Shown: in pieces, positions 51,724 to 60,902 of the stretch
How the letters are laid out: every line of letters begins with the position of its first letter
Numbering within the stretch: position 1 is the stretch's first letter
Notes under the pieces: model-generated
Databases searched by the model: none
Seen by the model: the letters and a program-made list of their open reading frames with translations, nothing else
What the model was told of the DNA's origin: nothing
NCBI GenBank assembly: GCA_963695545.1
Contig: OY968796.1
Coordinates: 608,001 to 672,000, forward strand
Length of the DNA: 64,000 bases
Direction of reading: 5' to 3'
Origin: Terriglobia bacterium
GTDB lineage: Bacteria; Acidobacteriota; Terriglobia; Acidiferrales; UBA7541
Made by a program: the position numbers and the translations under genes

Positions 51724-52982
51724 CGCGCGGCTCCCGCGGCGCGCGCGACATTCAGCAGCCGATCCGAGTAGGCCTCGAACGCTTCAAGGCGCGGCGCGAT
51801 GGCTTCAAGCGTTTCCAATCGACCCGCCAGAGCGTCGGTGGTTTTCAGGCCATTGCCCGTGATGCACAGCACGGTGGTTTCTTCCGGGCTGATGCGGCCT
51901 TGCGCGAGCAGCTTTTGCGTGACGGCGGTGGTGACGCCGCCGGCGGTTTCCGTGAAGATGCCTTCGGTTTCCGCGAGCAATTCGATTCCTCCGACGAGAT
52001 CGGAATCGGAAACGTCTTCGGCCCAGCCGCCGCTATTGTTAATCGTGCGAATGGCGTAAAAGCCGTCGGCCGGATTGCCGATGGCGATCGAGCGCGCGAT
52101 CGTGGAGGGCTTCTGCGGCGTGAAGCGCTCCTGTTTATCTTTCACGGCGGTGGTGATCGGCGAGCAGCCCGTGGCTTGCGCGCCGAAAAAGCGCACCGGC
52201 TTCGCTTCCACCAGACCAAGCTGAGTGAGCTCGTCGAACGCTTTGCGAATTTTCGTGATCAACGCGCCGCCGGCCATTGGAACCACGACGTTATCGGGCA
52301 GGCGCCAGCCCAACTGCTCGGCGATCTCAAAGCCGACCGTCTTCGAGCCTTCGGCGTAATAAGGCCGCAGATTGACGTTCACGAATCCCCAGCGATTGCG
52401 CTCGGCGATCTGCGTGCACAGGCGATTCACCTGATCGTAATTTCCGGAGATGCGCACCAGATGCGCGCCGTAAATTTGCGTGGCCAAAATTTTCGCGGGC
52501 TCGATATCGGCAGGCACGAAAATCCAGGCCTCGAAGCCGCGGCGCGCGGCTTGCGCGGCCACGGCGTTAGCGAGATTGCCGGTGGAAGAGCAACTGACGA
52601 CGTCAAAACCGAATTGCCGGGCCGCGCTGAGCGCCACGGCCACCACGCGATCTTTGAAAGAAAGCGTGGGGAAGCAGACCGCGTCGTTCTTAACGTAAAG
52701 ATTGCGCGCGCCGAAGCGTTTGCCGAGACCGCGCGCGGGCACCAGCGGCGTAAAGCCGACCGGCAGCGAAGCGGATTCGTCCTCGACAACCGGCAGCAAG
52801 GCGCGATAGCGCCAAATGCTGTGCGGGCCCGCCTCGATCGAAGCTCGGGTCAGATTTTTCTGGATTGTTGCGTAATCGTAGGTGACTTCAAGAGGAGACA
52901 GACATTCGTCGCAGAACGAGCGGGCCTGATTGCCCCAGCGCTTTCCGCACTCACGACATCGCAATTCGTATAATTCAGCCAT
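51720..52982 (-). CDS. thrC: Threonine synthase-like PLP enzyme (possibly O-phosphohomoserine sulfhydrylase)
   Basis: N-terminal Zn ribbon, PTLSFKDR, SSTGN, NVNLRPYYAEGSKT, ITGNGLKT; 4-bp overlap with the sulfur carrier gene. Confidence 0.85.
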   Translation of the reverse strand: MAELYELRCRECGKRWGNQARSFCDECLSPLEVTYDYATIQKNLTRASIEAGPHSIWRYRALLPVVEDESASLPVGFTPLVPARGLGKRFGARNLYVKNDAVCFPTLSFKDRVVAVALSAARQFGFDVVSCSSTGNLANAVAAQAARRGFEAWIFVPADIEPAKILATQIYGAHLVRISGNYDQVNRLCTQIAERNRWGFVNVNLRPYYAEGSKTVGFEIAEQLGWRLPDNVVVPMAGGALITKIRKAFDELTQLGLVEAKPVRFFGAQATGCSPITTAVKDKQERFTPQKPSTIARSIAIGNPADGFYAIRTINNSGGWAEDVSDSDLVGGIELLAETEGIFTETAGGVTTAVTQKLLAQGRISPEETTVLCITGNGLKTTDALAGRLETLEAIAPRLEAFEAYSDRLLNVARAAGAAR

Positions 52983-53092
52983 ACTACCCTCCGCCTCGAG
53001 CCCCCAAGCGGCGCCGCCCCAGCCGATTGCGGCGGGGAAACAGCTCCCTATGAGGAAAACCCGATTTCTTGGCGATTTCCGCGGAGAGGACT

Positions 53093-53129
53093 AAAACAAA
53101 AATCCCTCCGCCAAAGTGCTCGGAGGGCT
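53093..53129 (-). terminator. Intrinsic terminator in the thrC leader (riboswitch expression platform)
   Basis: Minus strand CCCTCCG..CGGAGGG followed by ATTTTTGTTTT. Confidence 0.75.
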
Positions 53130-53156
53130 CAATCTACTTCGAGTCCACATCCTAGC

Positions 53157-53204
53157 CTTTTAGCAGTTTTTAACGTGGAGCAAGTCGCCTTAAATCGCCA
53201 CGTT
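53157..53204 (-). ncRNA. SAM-II-type riboswitch
   Basis: Minus strand AACGTGG-CGATTTAA-GGCGAC-TTGC-T-CCACGTT-AAAAACT-GCTAAAAG matches the SAM-II pattern (P1, GAUUU, UUGC, GCUAAA). Confidence 0.8.
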
Positions 53205-53376
53205 TGGTACGTTTAGTGCAGCCCCTTTATCGCACGGATCGGCCCCCGCGTCAAGCTATTTGCGCGGGAAGACAGCCGCGCCGGAGCCTTCGGGCGCGCC
53301 GTGACAAACGGCGGCAACGGCACTAGAATCAGGCGTTTTCGCACTTGCCCGCGCTGAAAACTGCGGGCTTCGATAT

Positions 53377-54549
53377 ATGACTACGTTCGCGGGCGTGGAT
53401 TTTCTCGAACTCGATTCGGAGCTCAGCGACGAGGAAAAGCTCGTCCGCGGCACGGCGCGACAGTTCGTCGACGACAACGTAGTTCCCATCATCGAAAAGT
53501 ATAATCGCGAGGCGGCATTTCCGCTGCAACTGGTGCCCCAACTGGCCGAGATGGGATTTTTCGGCGCGAACCTTACGGGCTACGGGTGCGCCGGAATGTC
53601 GAACGTGGCGTATGGTCTCGCGATGCAGGAGCTCGAGCGCGGCGATTCCGGGCTGCGCAGCTTCGTTTCGGTGCAGAGCGCGCTCGTGATGTATCCGATC
53701 CACGCGTTCGGCAGCGACGCGCAAAAAGATAAATGGCTGCCGCGGCTGCAGAGCGGCAAAGCCATCGGCTGCTTCGGGCTCACCGAGCCGCAATTCGGCT
53801 CGAACCCGGGCGGGATGCTCGCGCGCGCGGTGCGGCGCGGCGACCGCTACGTGCTGAACGGCGAAAAAATGTGGATCACCAACGGCTCGATCGCCGACGT
53901 GGCCGTGATTTGGGCGAAAACCGAAGACGGCGCCGTGCGCGGATTTCTTGTCGAGCGCGGCACGCCGGGTTTCAGCGCCAAGGACGTGCACGGGAAATGG
54001 TCATTGCGCGCGTCGGTCACTTCGGGGCTCACTCTGATCGATTGCGAAATTCCGGCGGCGAATTTGCTGCCAGGCGCGACCGGCCTTGAAGCGCCGCTCT
54101 CTTGCCTAACGCAAGCGCGCTACGGGATCGGCTGGGGAGTGCTGGGCGCGGCGATGGCGTGTTATCACACTGCGCTCGACTACGCGAAGACGCGCAAGCA
54201 ATTCGCCAATCGCCCGATCGCTTCGCACCAACTCGTGCAGGAAAAATTGGTATGGATGATTACCGAGCTTTCCAAAGCGCAATTGCTCGCGCTGCACTGT
54301 GGCCGGCTGAAAGATAAAGGCCGCGCCGATTTCGCGCAGATTTCGATGCTGAAGATGAACAACGTTTGGATGGCGCTGGAGAGCGCGCGCCGCGCCCGCG
54401 ACATTCTGGGCGCGAACGGCATCGTGGACGATTACTGCATCATGCGACACATGAACAATCTCGAATCGGTCTCGACCTACGAGGGCACGCACGACATTCA
54501 CGCGCTGATTATCGGCGCGCGCATCACTGGCATTCCCGCGTTCGAGTAA
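53377..54549 (+). CDS. Acyl-CoA dehydrogenase, glutaryl-CoA dehydrogenase-like
   Basis: ELERGDSGLRSFVSVQSALVMYPI, GCFGLTEP, TYEGTHDIH. Confidence 0.92.
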   Translation: MTTFAGVDFLELDSELSDEEKLVRGTARQFVDDNVVPIIEKYNREAAFPLQLVPQLAEMGFFGANLTGYGCAGMSNVAYGLAMQELERGDSGLRSFVSVQSALVMYPIHAFGSDAQKDKWLPRLQSGKAIGCFGLTEPQFGSNPGGMLARAVRRGDRYVLNGEKMWITNGSIADVAVIWAKTEDGAVRGFLVERGTPGFSAKDVHGKWSLRASVTSGLTLIDCEIPAANLLPGATGLEAPLSCLTQARYGIGWGVLGAAMACYHTALDYAKTRKQFANRPIASHQLVQEKLVWMITELSKAQLLALHCGRLKDKGRADFAQISMLKMNNVWMALESARRARDILGANGIVDDYCIMRHMNNLESVSTYEGTHDIHALIIGARITGIPAFE

Positions 54550-54571
54550 GTCTACCGAAAAATTCTGCGCG

Positions 54572-54619
54572 AAAAAAAGAGACGGCTCGCTCTTCCCGAA
54601 GGAAAAGCAGAGCCGTCTC
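54572..54619 (-). terminator. Intrinsic terminator for the XRE gene
   Basis: GAGACGGCTC..GAGCCGTCTC stem with a U-tract on the minus strand. Confidence 0.75.
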
Positions 54620-54691
54620 CAAGTTCGTGTTTTGGGCGCGGGCAATCGGTGGCGCGATCGCAAACTTGATCGCGTCCCGCCGCGCAAAACT

Positions 54692-55345
54692 TTAGCGGTG
54701 ATTCGCCGCAGCGGGCGGAGCCGGCCGGCGAATTCCCGTGCCGACCTGCACCGGACGCGGTTGCGGCATAGTGCGCAACTGAGCGGTGCCGCTCGAGACG
54801 TGATCGCCGATCGCCTGTAGCCGCTTGAGAATGGATTGCCACTGTTCCCAATCGAGCTGACGCAGGAACGGCCGCAATCCCTGGATGAACGGATCCTCGA
54901 GCAGCGCTTCCCCGTTCGATTCGGGGATGAAGAAGCGGCTCAAGCCGACGCCCAACGCCTCGGAGATTTTTTCGAGCGTGCCGAGGCTGGGGGTCATCTG
55001 CCCGCTTTCGATCCGCGACAAGTAGGACCGGGAAACCCTGGAGCGCGCCTGGAGCTGGCTTTGCGTCATCCCGCGCGATTCGCGCAACTGCCGGATGCGC
55101 TGCCCGATGTTCTCCACCGTCTCGCGGTTCGGCCACTTCTCGAAGAGCTGGCGGTCGTCACCCGGCAATTCCTGCGGCTCCGGCGGCGGGATGAGATATT
55201 CCAGCCGTGGCGGCAGCAGGCGCAGGCAACGACGACAGTTGCCGACGCGGGTGCGGTACTGCACAAGCCCGCACACTTTGCAGCGGATGACTTCGCGATC
55301 CAATTCGGCTTCTATTGTGCCTTTACTACCATTTTGTTCCGACAC
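54692..55345 (-). CDS. XRE-family HTH regulator with an N-terminal Zn ribbon
   Basis: CKVC..CRRC, then IRQLRESRGMTQSQL..SYLSRIESG..PSLGTLEKISEAL; GTG 55345 preferred as start. Confidence 0.9.
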   Translation of the reverse strand: MSEQNGSKGTIEAELDREVIRCKVCGLVQYRTRVGNCRRCLRLLPPRLEYLIPPPEPQELPGDDRQLFEKWPNRETVENIGQRIRQLRESRGMTQSQLQARSRVSRSYLSRIESGQMTPSLGTLEKISEALGVGLSRFFIPESNGEALLEDPFIQGLRPFLRQLDWEQWQSILKRLQAIGDHVSSGTAQLRTMPQPRPVQVGTGIRRPAPPAAANHR

Positions 55346-55638
55346 CGGTCCTCGCAGACTATTCCGGCATGCGGATATGAGGAACTCAATACTTCGAAGG
55401 GGAAAGGCAGAAGCTGGCGCGCCGCCAATACTGCCGTGGGCCCGGGATGTTGTCAAGTGGTTTTGTGAAAACTTTTTCGATTCTGTCCACATTGAAACAT
55501 ATTCTCCGTCCGTATGCCTGAGCCTCCGGGTCGCGCGTCGTCAGCATGGCCTTTCTTAGCGGAATGACCACGCGCACGGTCGGCGGCGAACGCTGGTACT
55601 TTCGTTCTATTGGCCGTTCGCGTCCTATATATAAGACT

Positions 55639-55650
55639 CCTACATGTAGG
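55639..55650. promoter_or_regulatory. Perfect palindrome CCTACATGTAGG, probable PadR autoregulatory operator
   Basis: Overlaps the RBS region of padR. Confidence 0.6.
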
Positions 55651-55660
55651 GAGGCAGCTC

Positions 55661-55993
55661 ATGATCGCGACAGGAATCAAACGCGGCACCGCGGAACTCG
55701 CGGTACTCAGCGTTCTCGGCGACGGGCCGCTGCACGGTTATCAAATGGCGCGGCGCATCGAACAGCAGACGCGCGGCGCGCTTCGCTTCACACTGGCTTC
55801 GCTGTACCCACTGCTTTACCGGATGGAGAAACGCGGGTGGGTGCGCGGCGCATGGGAAACGAGTTCTTCGGGACGACGGCGGCGTTGCTACAGCCTGACT
55901 CCGCAAGGAAAGAAGGAATTGGCGCCGATACGCAAGGAATGGGCGGATTTGTTTCGGGCGTTGCAGTGTCTCGCGGAGGCGCCGCATGCGTGA
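55661..55993 (+). CDS. PadR-family transcriptional regulator
   Basis: PLHGYQM..SLYPLLYRME..RRRRCYSLT. Confidence 0.93.
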   Translation: MIATGIKRGTAELAVLSVLGDGPLHGYQMARRIEQQTRGALRFTLASLYPLLYRMEKRGWVRGAWETSSSGRRRRCYSLTPQGKKELAPIRKEWADLFRALQCLAEAPHA

Positions 55994-56690
55994 TTGGCGC
56001 AAGCTCGTGGGCCGCGAACTTGCAGCGCTCGCGCTTGAATCGCGCGAGCGCGAGGACGTGATCGAGGAACTCGCGGCGCACCTTGAAGACATGTACGAAA
56101 ATTTGTGCGCGCGAGGGCTTGCGGAGGACGACGCGGCGCGATGCTGTGTGGACGAAGTAAACAACTGGCGGGAGCTTCGCCGCAACATTCTGATCGCTCG
56201 AAAGAAGGAAAACGTCATGCCTGACCGCGTCAAGCAATTGTGGTTGCCCTGCCTCTTAACGTTTGGACTTTTCCTGGGATTTAATGCCTTGGCCCCTTTA
56301 CTGATTTTCGGCCATGCGCACCAAATTGTCACCCATAACGGCATGCCACGAATGCTGCCGGCCGCGACGAGATTGATTCCCTGGCTTCTTTCGTGGCCGC
56401 TTGTTGGCGCAATCGGAGCTTTCTTTTCACGGCGCGCCGGCGGGACGTTGCGCGCGATGCTGTCATCCGCCATTTTCCCCGTCGTGCCATTTCTCGTCTT
56501 TTTCGCGGTGGGATTTCCCCTGGCTCTCGATATCCGCGATCCATTTGCCCGCGGTTACATGCTTTCTTCATTCCTTGGCGGGCTAGCCGTGTTCGTGTTG
56601 CTTCCCGCGGCCCTGCTGCTCGGCGGCGGATTGTCATTGCAACTTTTCCTGCCACGACGGCAGAGCAATCCCGGCGCCTTAGCTCAATAG
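55986..56690 (+). CDS. Membrane protein with an N-terminal permease-prefix-like domain
   Basis: EDVIEELAAHLED..GLAEDDA then four TMs; overlaps padR. Confidence 0.8.
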   Translation: MRDWRKLVGRELAALALESREREDVIEELAAHLEDMYENLCARGLAEDDAARCCVDEVNNWRELRRNILIARKKENVMPDRVKQLWLPCLLTFGLFLGFNALAPLLIFGHAHQIVTHNGMPRMLPAATRLIPWLLSWPLVGAIGAFFSRRAGGTLRAMLSSAIFPVVPFLVFFAVGFPLALDIRDPFARGYMLSSFLGGLAVFVLLPAALLLGGGLSLQLFLPRRQSNPGALAQ

Positions 56691-57476
56691 CTTCCGAATC
56701 TCGTCGAGGCGGCGGCAATCTTCGCAGCCTGGCGCGGGCTCGGGAGGATCGGCCAGATCGAAGAGCGCACGGGCGCGCGCGAGCAAATTCCTGATCCCTT
56801 GCGAGCCGTGCAGCGGAACATCTTTGCGGCGCGCGCGAAATTCCAACCACGCGCCGGAGCGATCGCGCGGCGCGGCTGCTCGCGAAGGGACGAGCACTGG
56901 CCCGGGCGCGGCGGGCGGCGCCGGGCCGGCCGCGACGCCAAACGCGGGATCGGTCTGTGGCTCGAAATAGATCAGAGAAAGATTGGTCACGGGGCCATAG
57001 CCCGTGGCTTCGGCGATGTGGGCGTATCCATTCAACTGCACTTCGTACACCGGCATTAGATCGTCCTGCGAGGCGGTGAGGCGCGCGGTTTTGTAATCCA
57101 CGATGTGGGTTGCGCCGTCGGCCATGCGCAGGATGTCGTCGGGCGTGCCGTGCAGGCGGATGCGCGTCTCGGGATCCTCGCGGAAAAAGCGGCTCCAATG
57201 CAGGTCTCTGCTGGGCACAAGCTCCGCGACCTCGCCAACATCGGGAAACCAATCGGGCAGGCGGCCATACAAATCGAAATGATTGCGCACGGCTTTCTTG
57301 GTGAACGAATCGATGGAGCTGAAAATGCCGGGCAAGCCCATCGCGAACGGCAATTTGCCTTCGCAACGCAACGTGATCCAGGCGCAACGCGCGCATGCCG
57401 AATCAAGCGCAATCGCGGCCAGCGTTCTGGGCGAAATGTTAAGAAGCGTCGTCATCTTTGCCGCCCGCTGCGCCAT
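56679..57476 (-). CDS. PD-(D/E)XK nuclease, RecB/Cas4-like
   Basis: GTPDD..IVDYKT..QLNGY; CARC near the N-terminus, CEDC at the C-terminus. Confidence 0.85.
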   Translation of the reverse strand: MAQRAAKMTTLLNISPRTLAAIALDSACARCAWITLRCEGKLPFAMGLPGIFSSIDSFTKKAVRNHFDLYGRLPDWFPDVGEVAELVPSRDLHWSRFFREDPETRIRLHGTPDDILRMADGATHIVDYKTARLTASQDDLMPVYEVQLNGYAHIAEATGYGPVTNLSLIYFEPQTDPAFGVAAGPAPPAAPGPVLVPSRAAAPRDRSGAWLEFRARRKDVPLHGSQGIRNLLARARALFDLADPPEPAPGCEDCRRLDEIRKLLS

Positions 57477-57687
57477 GCGCCCACGATTCGCCTAATGCGC
57501 GCCGCTGGTCAGAAGCCTCGCGCGTGCGGAGCGATCTCGCGTGCGCACATGGGATTGCGCGTCGCGATTACCACGGTGATAGATAGCACGCTTGGACCGA
57601 GCGGCGCCATCGAGAGGAGTGCGGAGGACTTGGCTTAGCGGCGGAACCGCTGATCCCCTCGCCAGTTGCGGATTCGGGTGAAGAGGC

Positions 57688-59034
57688 CTAGTTTTGCGGG
57701 TGAGATGCTTGAGAATTCCCCGACAGCTCCGCGACCACTCGCTCCAACTCGGGGCGGTTGGATACATTGCTGCCCGGTGCGAGCGCTCGTTTGAGCTCGG
57801 CAAGCGCGGCCTGCTTTTGACCAGTTTTGGCATAGGCAAGCCCCAGGTGCGCGGCAACGTCAGGGCTCGATGGGGCAAGAGTCTTGGCCACCTTTAGCGT
57901 GGACACGGCTTGAGAGTATTCACCCCGCTGGTACTGCACCCAACCCAAGGTGTCGCGCCCGTCGGCGTATTTCGGATCGCGCTTGACCGCGAGCTCGGCG
58001 AGGCGCAGAGCCTCATCCAGATCCTTGTCCTGATCCGCAAGGACCCACGCGATGTTGTTGCACGCCACCATGTTGTTGGGATCCGCCTTTAACGCCTGCC
58101 TAAAATCAGCGAGCGCCTGATCTGTGTGGCCTTCTCCCGCTTCGAGTTCCCCGAGACGGAGCGCGGCATCCGTGTTCGCGCCGTTAGCTTCCAAAGCCGC
58201 CTGGTATTGGGCCGCTGCGGAACGCGCGTCGCCTGCGGCGGCGTAGGCATTGCCCAAGATCGTCAACGTGGTCGAGTCGTGCGGGCTCTTGGCGAGCGCA
58301 GCTTGCAGTTGCTGTATCGCTTTTGGGGGCTCGTGATCGGAGAGATAGACATTGGCCAGCACCTGATAGGGCAAAAGGGTCTTGGGGTCCGCGGCCTTCC
58401 ATCCCTCAAGGACGTTCAGCCCATCGGCCTCGCGGTGCATCATCATCAGCGCATTCGCCTGGCCAAGATATCCCGCGGGCAGCTGCGGGGCGACTTCGGT
58501 AATCCCCTTGTACGCAGCAGCCGCGCCGGCGTAATCCTGGGTGGACTGCGCCATCACAGCCAGATAGAGGCGCGGCGTGATGTATTTGGGTTGCAGTTCA
58601 ACCGCGCGGGAAAACTCACGACGGGCCTGGTCAGGGTGCTTCTGCAAAAGTAAGACGACGCCCTTCATGTTGTGCGCCTCAGGCAGGTTATCCTGTCGCT
58701 TGAGCACTTCGTCGACCATGCGGTCCGCCTGGTCAAGCCGCTGTTGGGTGATCGCGATCTGCGCCCGCCCGAGCGTGGCATCGAATTCGCTTGGATCACT
58801 CGCCGCCAACTGCTGGAACAGCGCGTCCGCTTCTTTGAGCTGCCCCTTACCGAGGAGATCGACCGCCTGGTTGTACTTGGCGTTGGTCTCTTGCGTCGGC
58901 AGTGGCTTGAGCGTGTCAGGGATGGTATCGGCGCGCAGCGCGACAGTGGCCCACGAGAAGGCGCCGGCCAATACCAAACACGCGGCGCACGCAGCAAACG
59001 TGTGGCGATTCGGACGATTTGTGATGCGATCCAT
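57688..59034 (-). CDS. Exported TPR-repeat protein (PrsT-like)
   Basis: Tandem TPRs, NNIAWVL..DTLGWV; start uncertain. Confidence 0.85.
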   Translation of the reverse strand: MDRITNRPNRHTFAACAACLVLAGAFSWATVALRADTIPDTLKPLPTQETNAKYNQAVDLLGKGQLKEADALFQQLAASDPSEFDATLGRAQIAITQQRLDQADRMVDEVLKRQDNLPEAHNMKGVVLLLQKHPDQARREFSRAVELQPKYITPRLYLAVMAQSTQDYAGAAAAYKGITEVAPQLPAGYLGQANALMMMHREADGLNVLEGWKAADPKTLLPYQVLANVYLSDHEPPKAIQQLQAALAKSPHDSTTLTILGNAYAAAGDARSAAAQYQAALEANGANTDAALRLGELEAGEGHTDQALADFRQALKADPNNMVACNNIAWVLADQDKDLDEALRLAELAVKRDPKYADGRDTLGWVQYQRGEYSQAVSTLKVAKTLAPSSPDVAAHLGLAYAKTGQKQAALAELKRALAPGSNVSNRPELERVVAELSGNSQASHPQN

Positions 59035-59177
59035 GATGTACGCCGGACGATTCCAGCCAGGGGACATGTTACAGCGACTGATATTCCCGATGGCTCCGAA
59101 AAAAAACTTGGGGCGGCGTAATGTGCAATCTACGCCGCCCCTTGGTGTGTAGCAGCTCACAAGGAGCTGCAGCTAGA

Positions 59178-60302
59178 TTAGGCCGCGTTCGCCACGGTGC
59201 GGAACTTGCGGAGCAAGCCAAGCCCACAGAGACCGATGAGCATGAGGCCGAGCGATCCAGGTTCCGCGCCCGACATCGGCGGCGGCGCATTGAATCCGGC
59301 CAAGCCCTCGACGTCGAACACCTCCAGGAAGATGTTGTCGTCATAGGAGGAGTTTGAAGTGGTCAGGCTGATTGTGTTGCCGGCGAGGGGGTCGATCAGC
59401 GACGAGATATTGTACAGTTCATGATCGGTGTCGCTGTCCGTGTCGCCAATCGGCGTGACCGGATTGGAGTAAGCCGTGTCAATGGAGCCGTCGGAATTCA
59501 GCCCCAGAACACCGGCCGTGATCAGATCGCCGTTGGAGCAGCCTGTGGCGTTGGGTTCGGTTCCGCCATCTTGGCTCTCATCGCAGTTGCCGGCGGCGGA
59601 CGTGAGGGTGCTGCCATCGACCGTGATGGTTGAAGTCTGCTCGTTGTAAGAGCCATCCAAGTCGTAGCTGAACCCATCGCCGATTGACATGAGGACCGTG
59701 TCGCCAGCGGGGTTCGAGGCAAATTCAATACTCGATGTATCGCCGCCGCTGGCTGCTGCACCGTCAAGGATGCCAATCGAGTTCGTGGGCAGCGATGGGT
59801 TGGAGTAGACGACAACCAGCACTTCGCCGTCCTGGTACGCGGTGTCCGATTCGGTTACGGCGAAGTTGTAGACGGTCGATCCGGAAGAGAGGGCGCCTGA
59901 GGGATTAACTTCAGCCGCGACAATCGAGGTCACATTCGCGACACCGGCCTGCAGGTAAGAGGCGTCGGAGTTTGCGATCAAGGCCGTGTACGAGACTGAG
60001 TTGCCGTTGAGCGTGCCGCCGGCGTAGACGCTTGAGAAAACGTCACCGGCGGAATAGCCAGTTGCTTCAAACGTTCCGTTGAACGTTGAGGTGTACAGGT
60101 AGGCAGCGACGACGGTCGATCCATTCGGAACGTCAGCCGTCAGGCCGTCGGGTAGCGTCGATGCAGTTGAACCACCCGCATCAACGGAGACGCCGTCGTC
60201 CCCGGTGAAGGTGTACGCTGTGGTCAGCGTGGCCGACGCCGTTGACGTGTAACCCATCATGATGAGTAGCGCCAGGGCCCCAATCAGAGCTTTAAATCTC
60301 AT
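59178..60302 (-). CDS. PEP-CTERM-type surface protein
   Basis: Signal peptide, Ser/Thr/Asp-rich body, C-terminal AEPGSLGLMLIGLCGLGLLRKFR. Confidence 0.85.
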   Translation of the reverse strand: MRFKALIGALALLIMMGYTSTASATLTTAYTFTGDDGVSVDAGGSTASTLPDGLTADVPNGSTVVAAYLYTSTFNGTFEATGYSAGDVFSSVYAGGTLNGNSVSYTALIANSDASYLQAGVANVTSIVAAEVNPSGALSSGSTVYNFAVTESDTAYQDGEVLVVVYSNPSLPTNSIGILDGAAASGGDTSSIEFASNPAGDTVLMSIGDGFSYDLDGSYNEQTSTITVDGSTLTSAAGNCDESQDGGTEPNATGCSNGDLITAGVLGLNSDGSIDTAYSNPVTPIGDTDSDTDHELYNISSLIDPLAGNTISLTTSNSSYDDNIFLEVFDVEGLAGFNAPPPMSGAEPGSLGLMLIGLCGLGLLRKFRTVANAA

Positions 60303-60384
60303 CGCTTCCTCCAGTCAAAGTGTCGCAGGCGTCGGGGGACGAACAGCACTGCCGATTGAATGCAAGCTTGCCTAGTGACACAGG

Positions 60385-60400
60385 TGCAATCCGGGAACCA
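60385..60400 (-). promoter_or_regulatory. Sigma54-type promoter TGGTTCCCGGATTGCA
   Basis: GG-N10-GC spacing, about 80 nt upstream of the PEP-CTERM gene. Confidence 0.6.
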
Positions 60401-60902
60401 AAGCGGCACGACGAAAGCTGATGGCGAATGTCAGGCTATCCTCTAGATTGCAAATGATTTGACGATAGGCCGTTACTTCGGCTGTGGAAGGCCGACCGAG
60501 TGCGTATGCAAGTACTTGCAGCATGCGGGAAGGTCGGTGGAACATTAATGTTGTGCGGGCTTCTCGCCGCCAGACGCCGGAATCGCGCAGCGGCCCGACC
60601 ATCATGGAGGAATCCGGCCGGACCCTGAGGATCCGGGAGTCGGTTGCCAGCGGCGTGGGGGTCTGTTGGGGGCGATCGCGGGGGCCCGAATATTGCCATA
60701 TTCTTCGTCGTACTTCATCCGCCGCAGCCGCGCCACGCCTTCTACCCTCTTGCCAAAAAGCGGCACGAACCCGAGCGACGTGGGCAGACAGAGCGCAGAG
60801 TCGGTTAGACGCGCGGCGATCCGATTGAGAGCAGAGGTTTGTGGGTAAGCCCGTCAAAGTCATGTAGAATCCCGCTGGCATCGTGGAAAAAGGAGAACAA
60901 GC

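Noticed and set aside
56679..57476. CRISPR-associated cas4 or prophage gene
   Set aside because: No cas1/cas2, array, integrase or phage genes in the window.
60361..60374. Second sigma54 site (TAGGCAAGCTTGCA)
   Set aside because: GG-GC spacing is 7, not 10.
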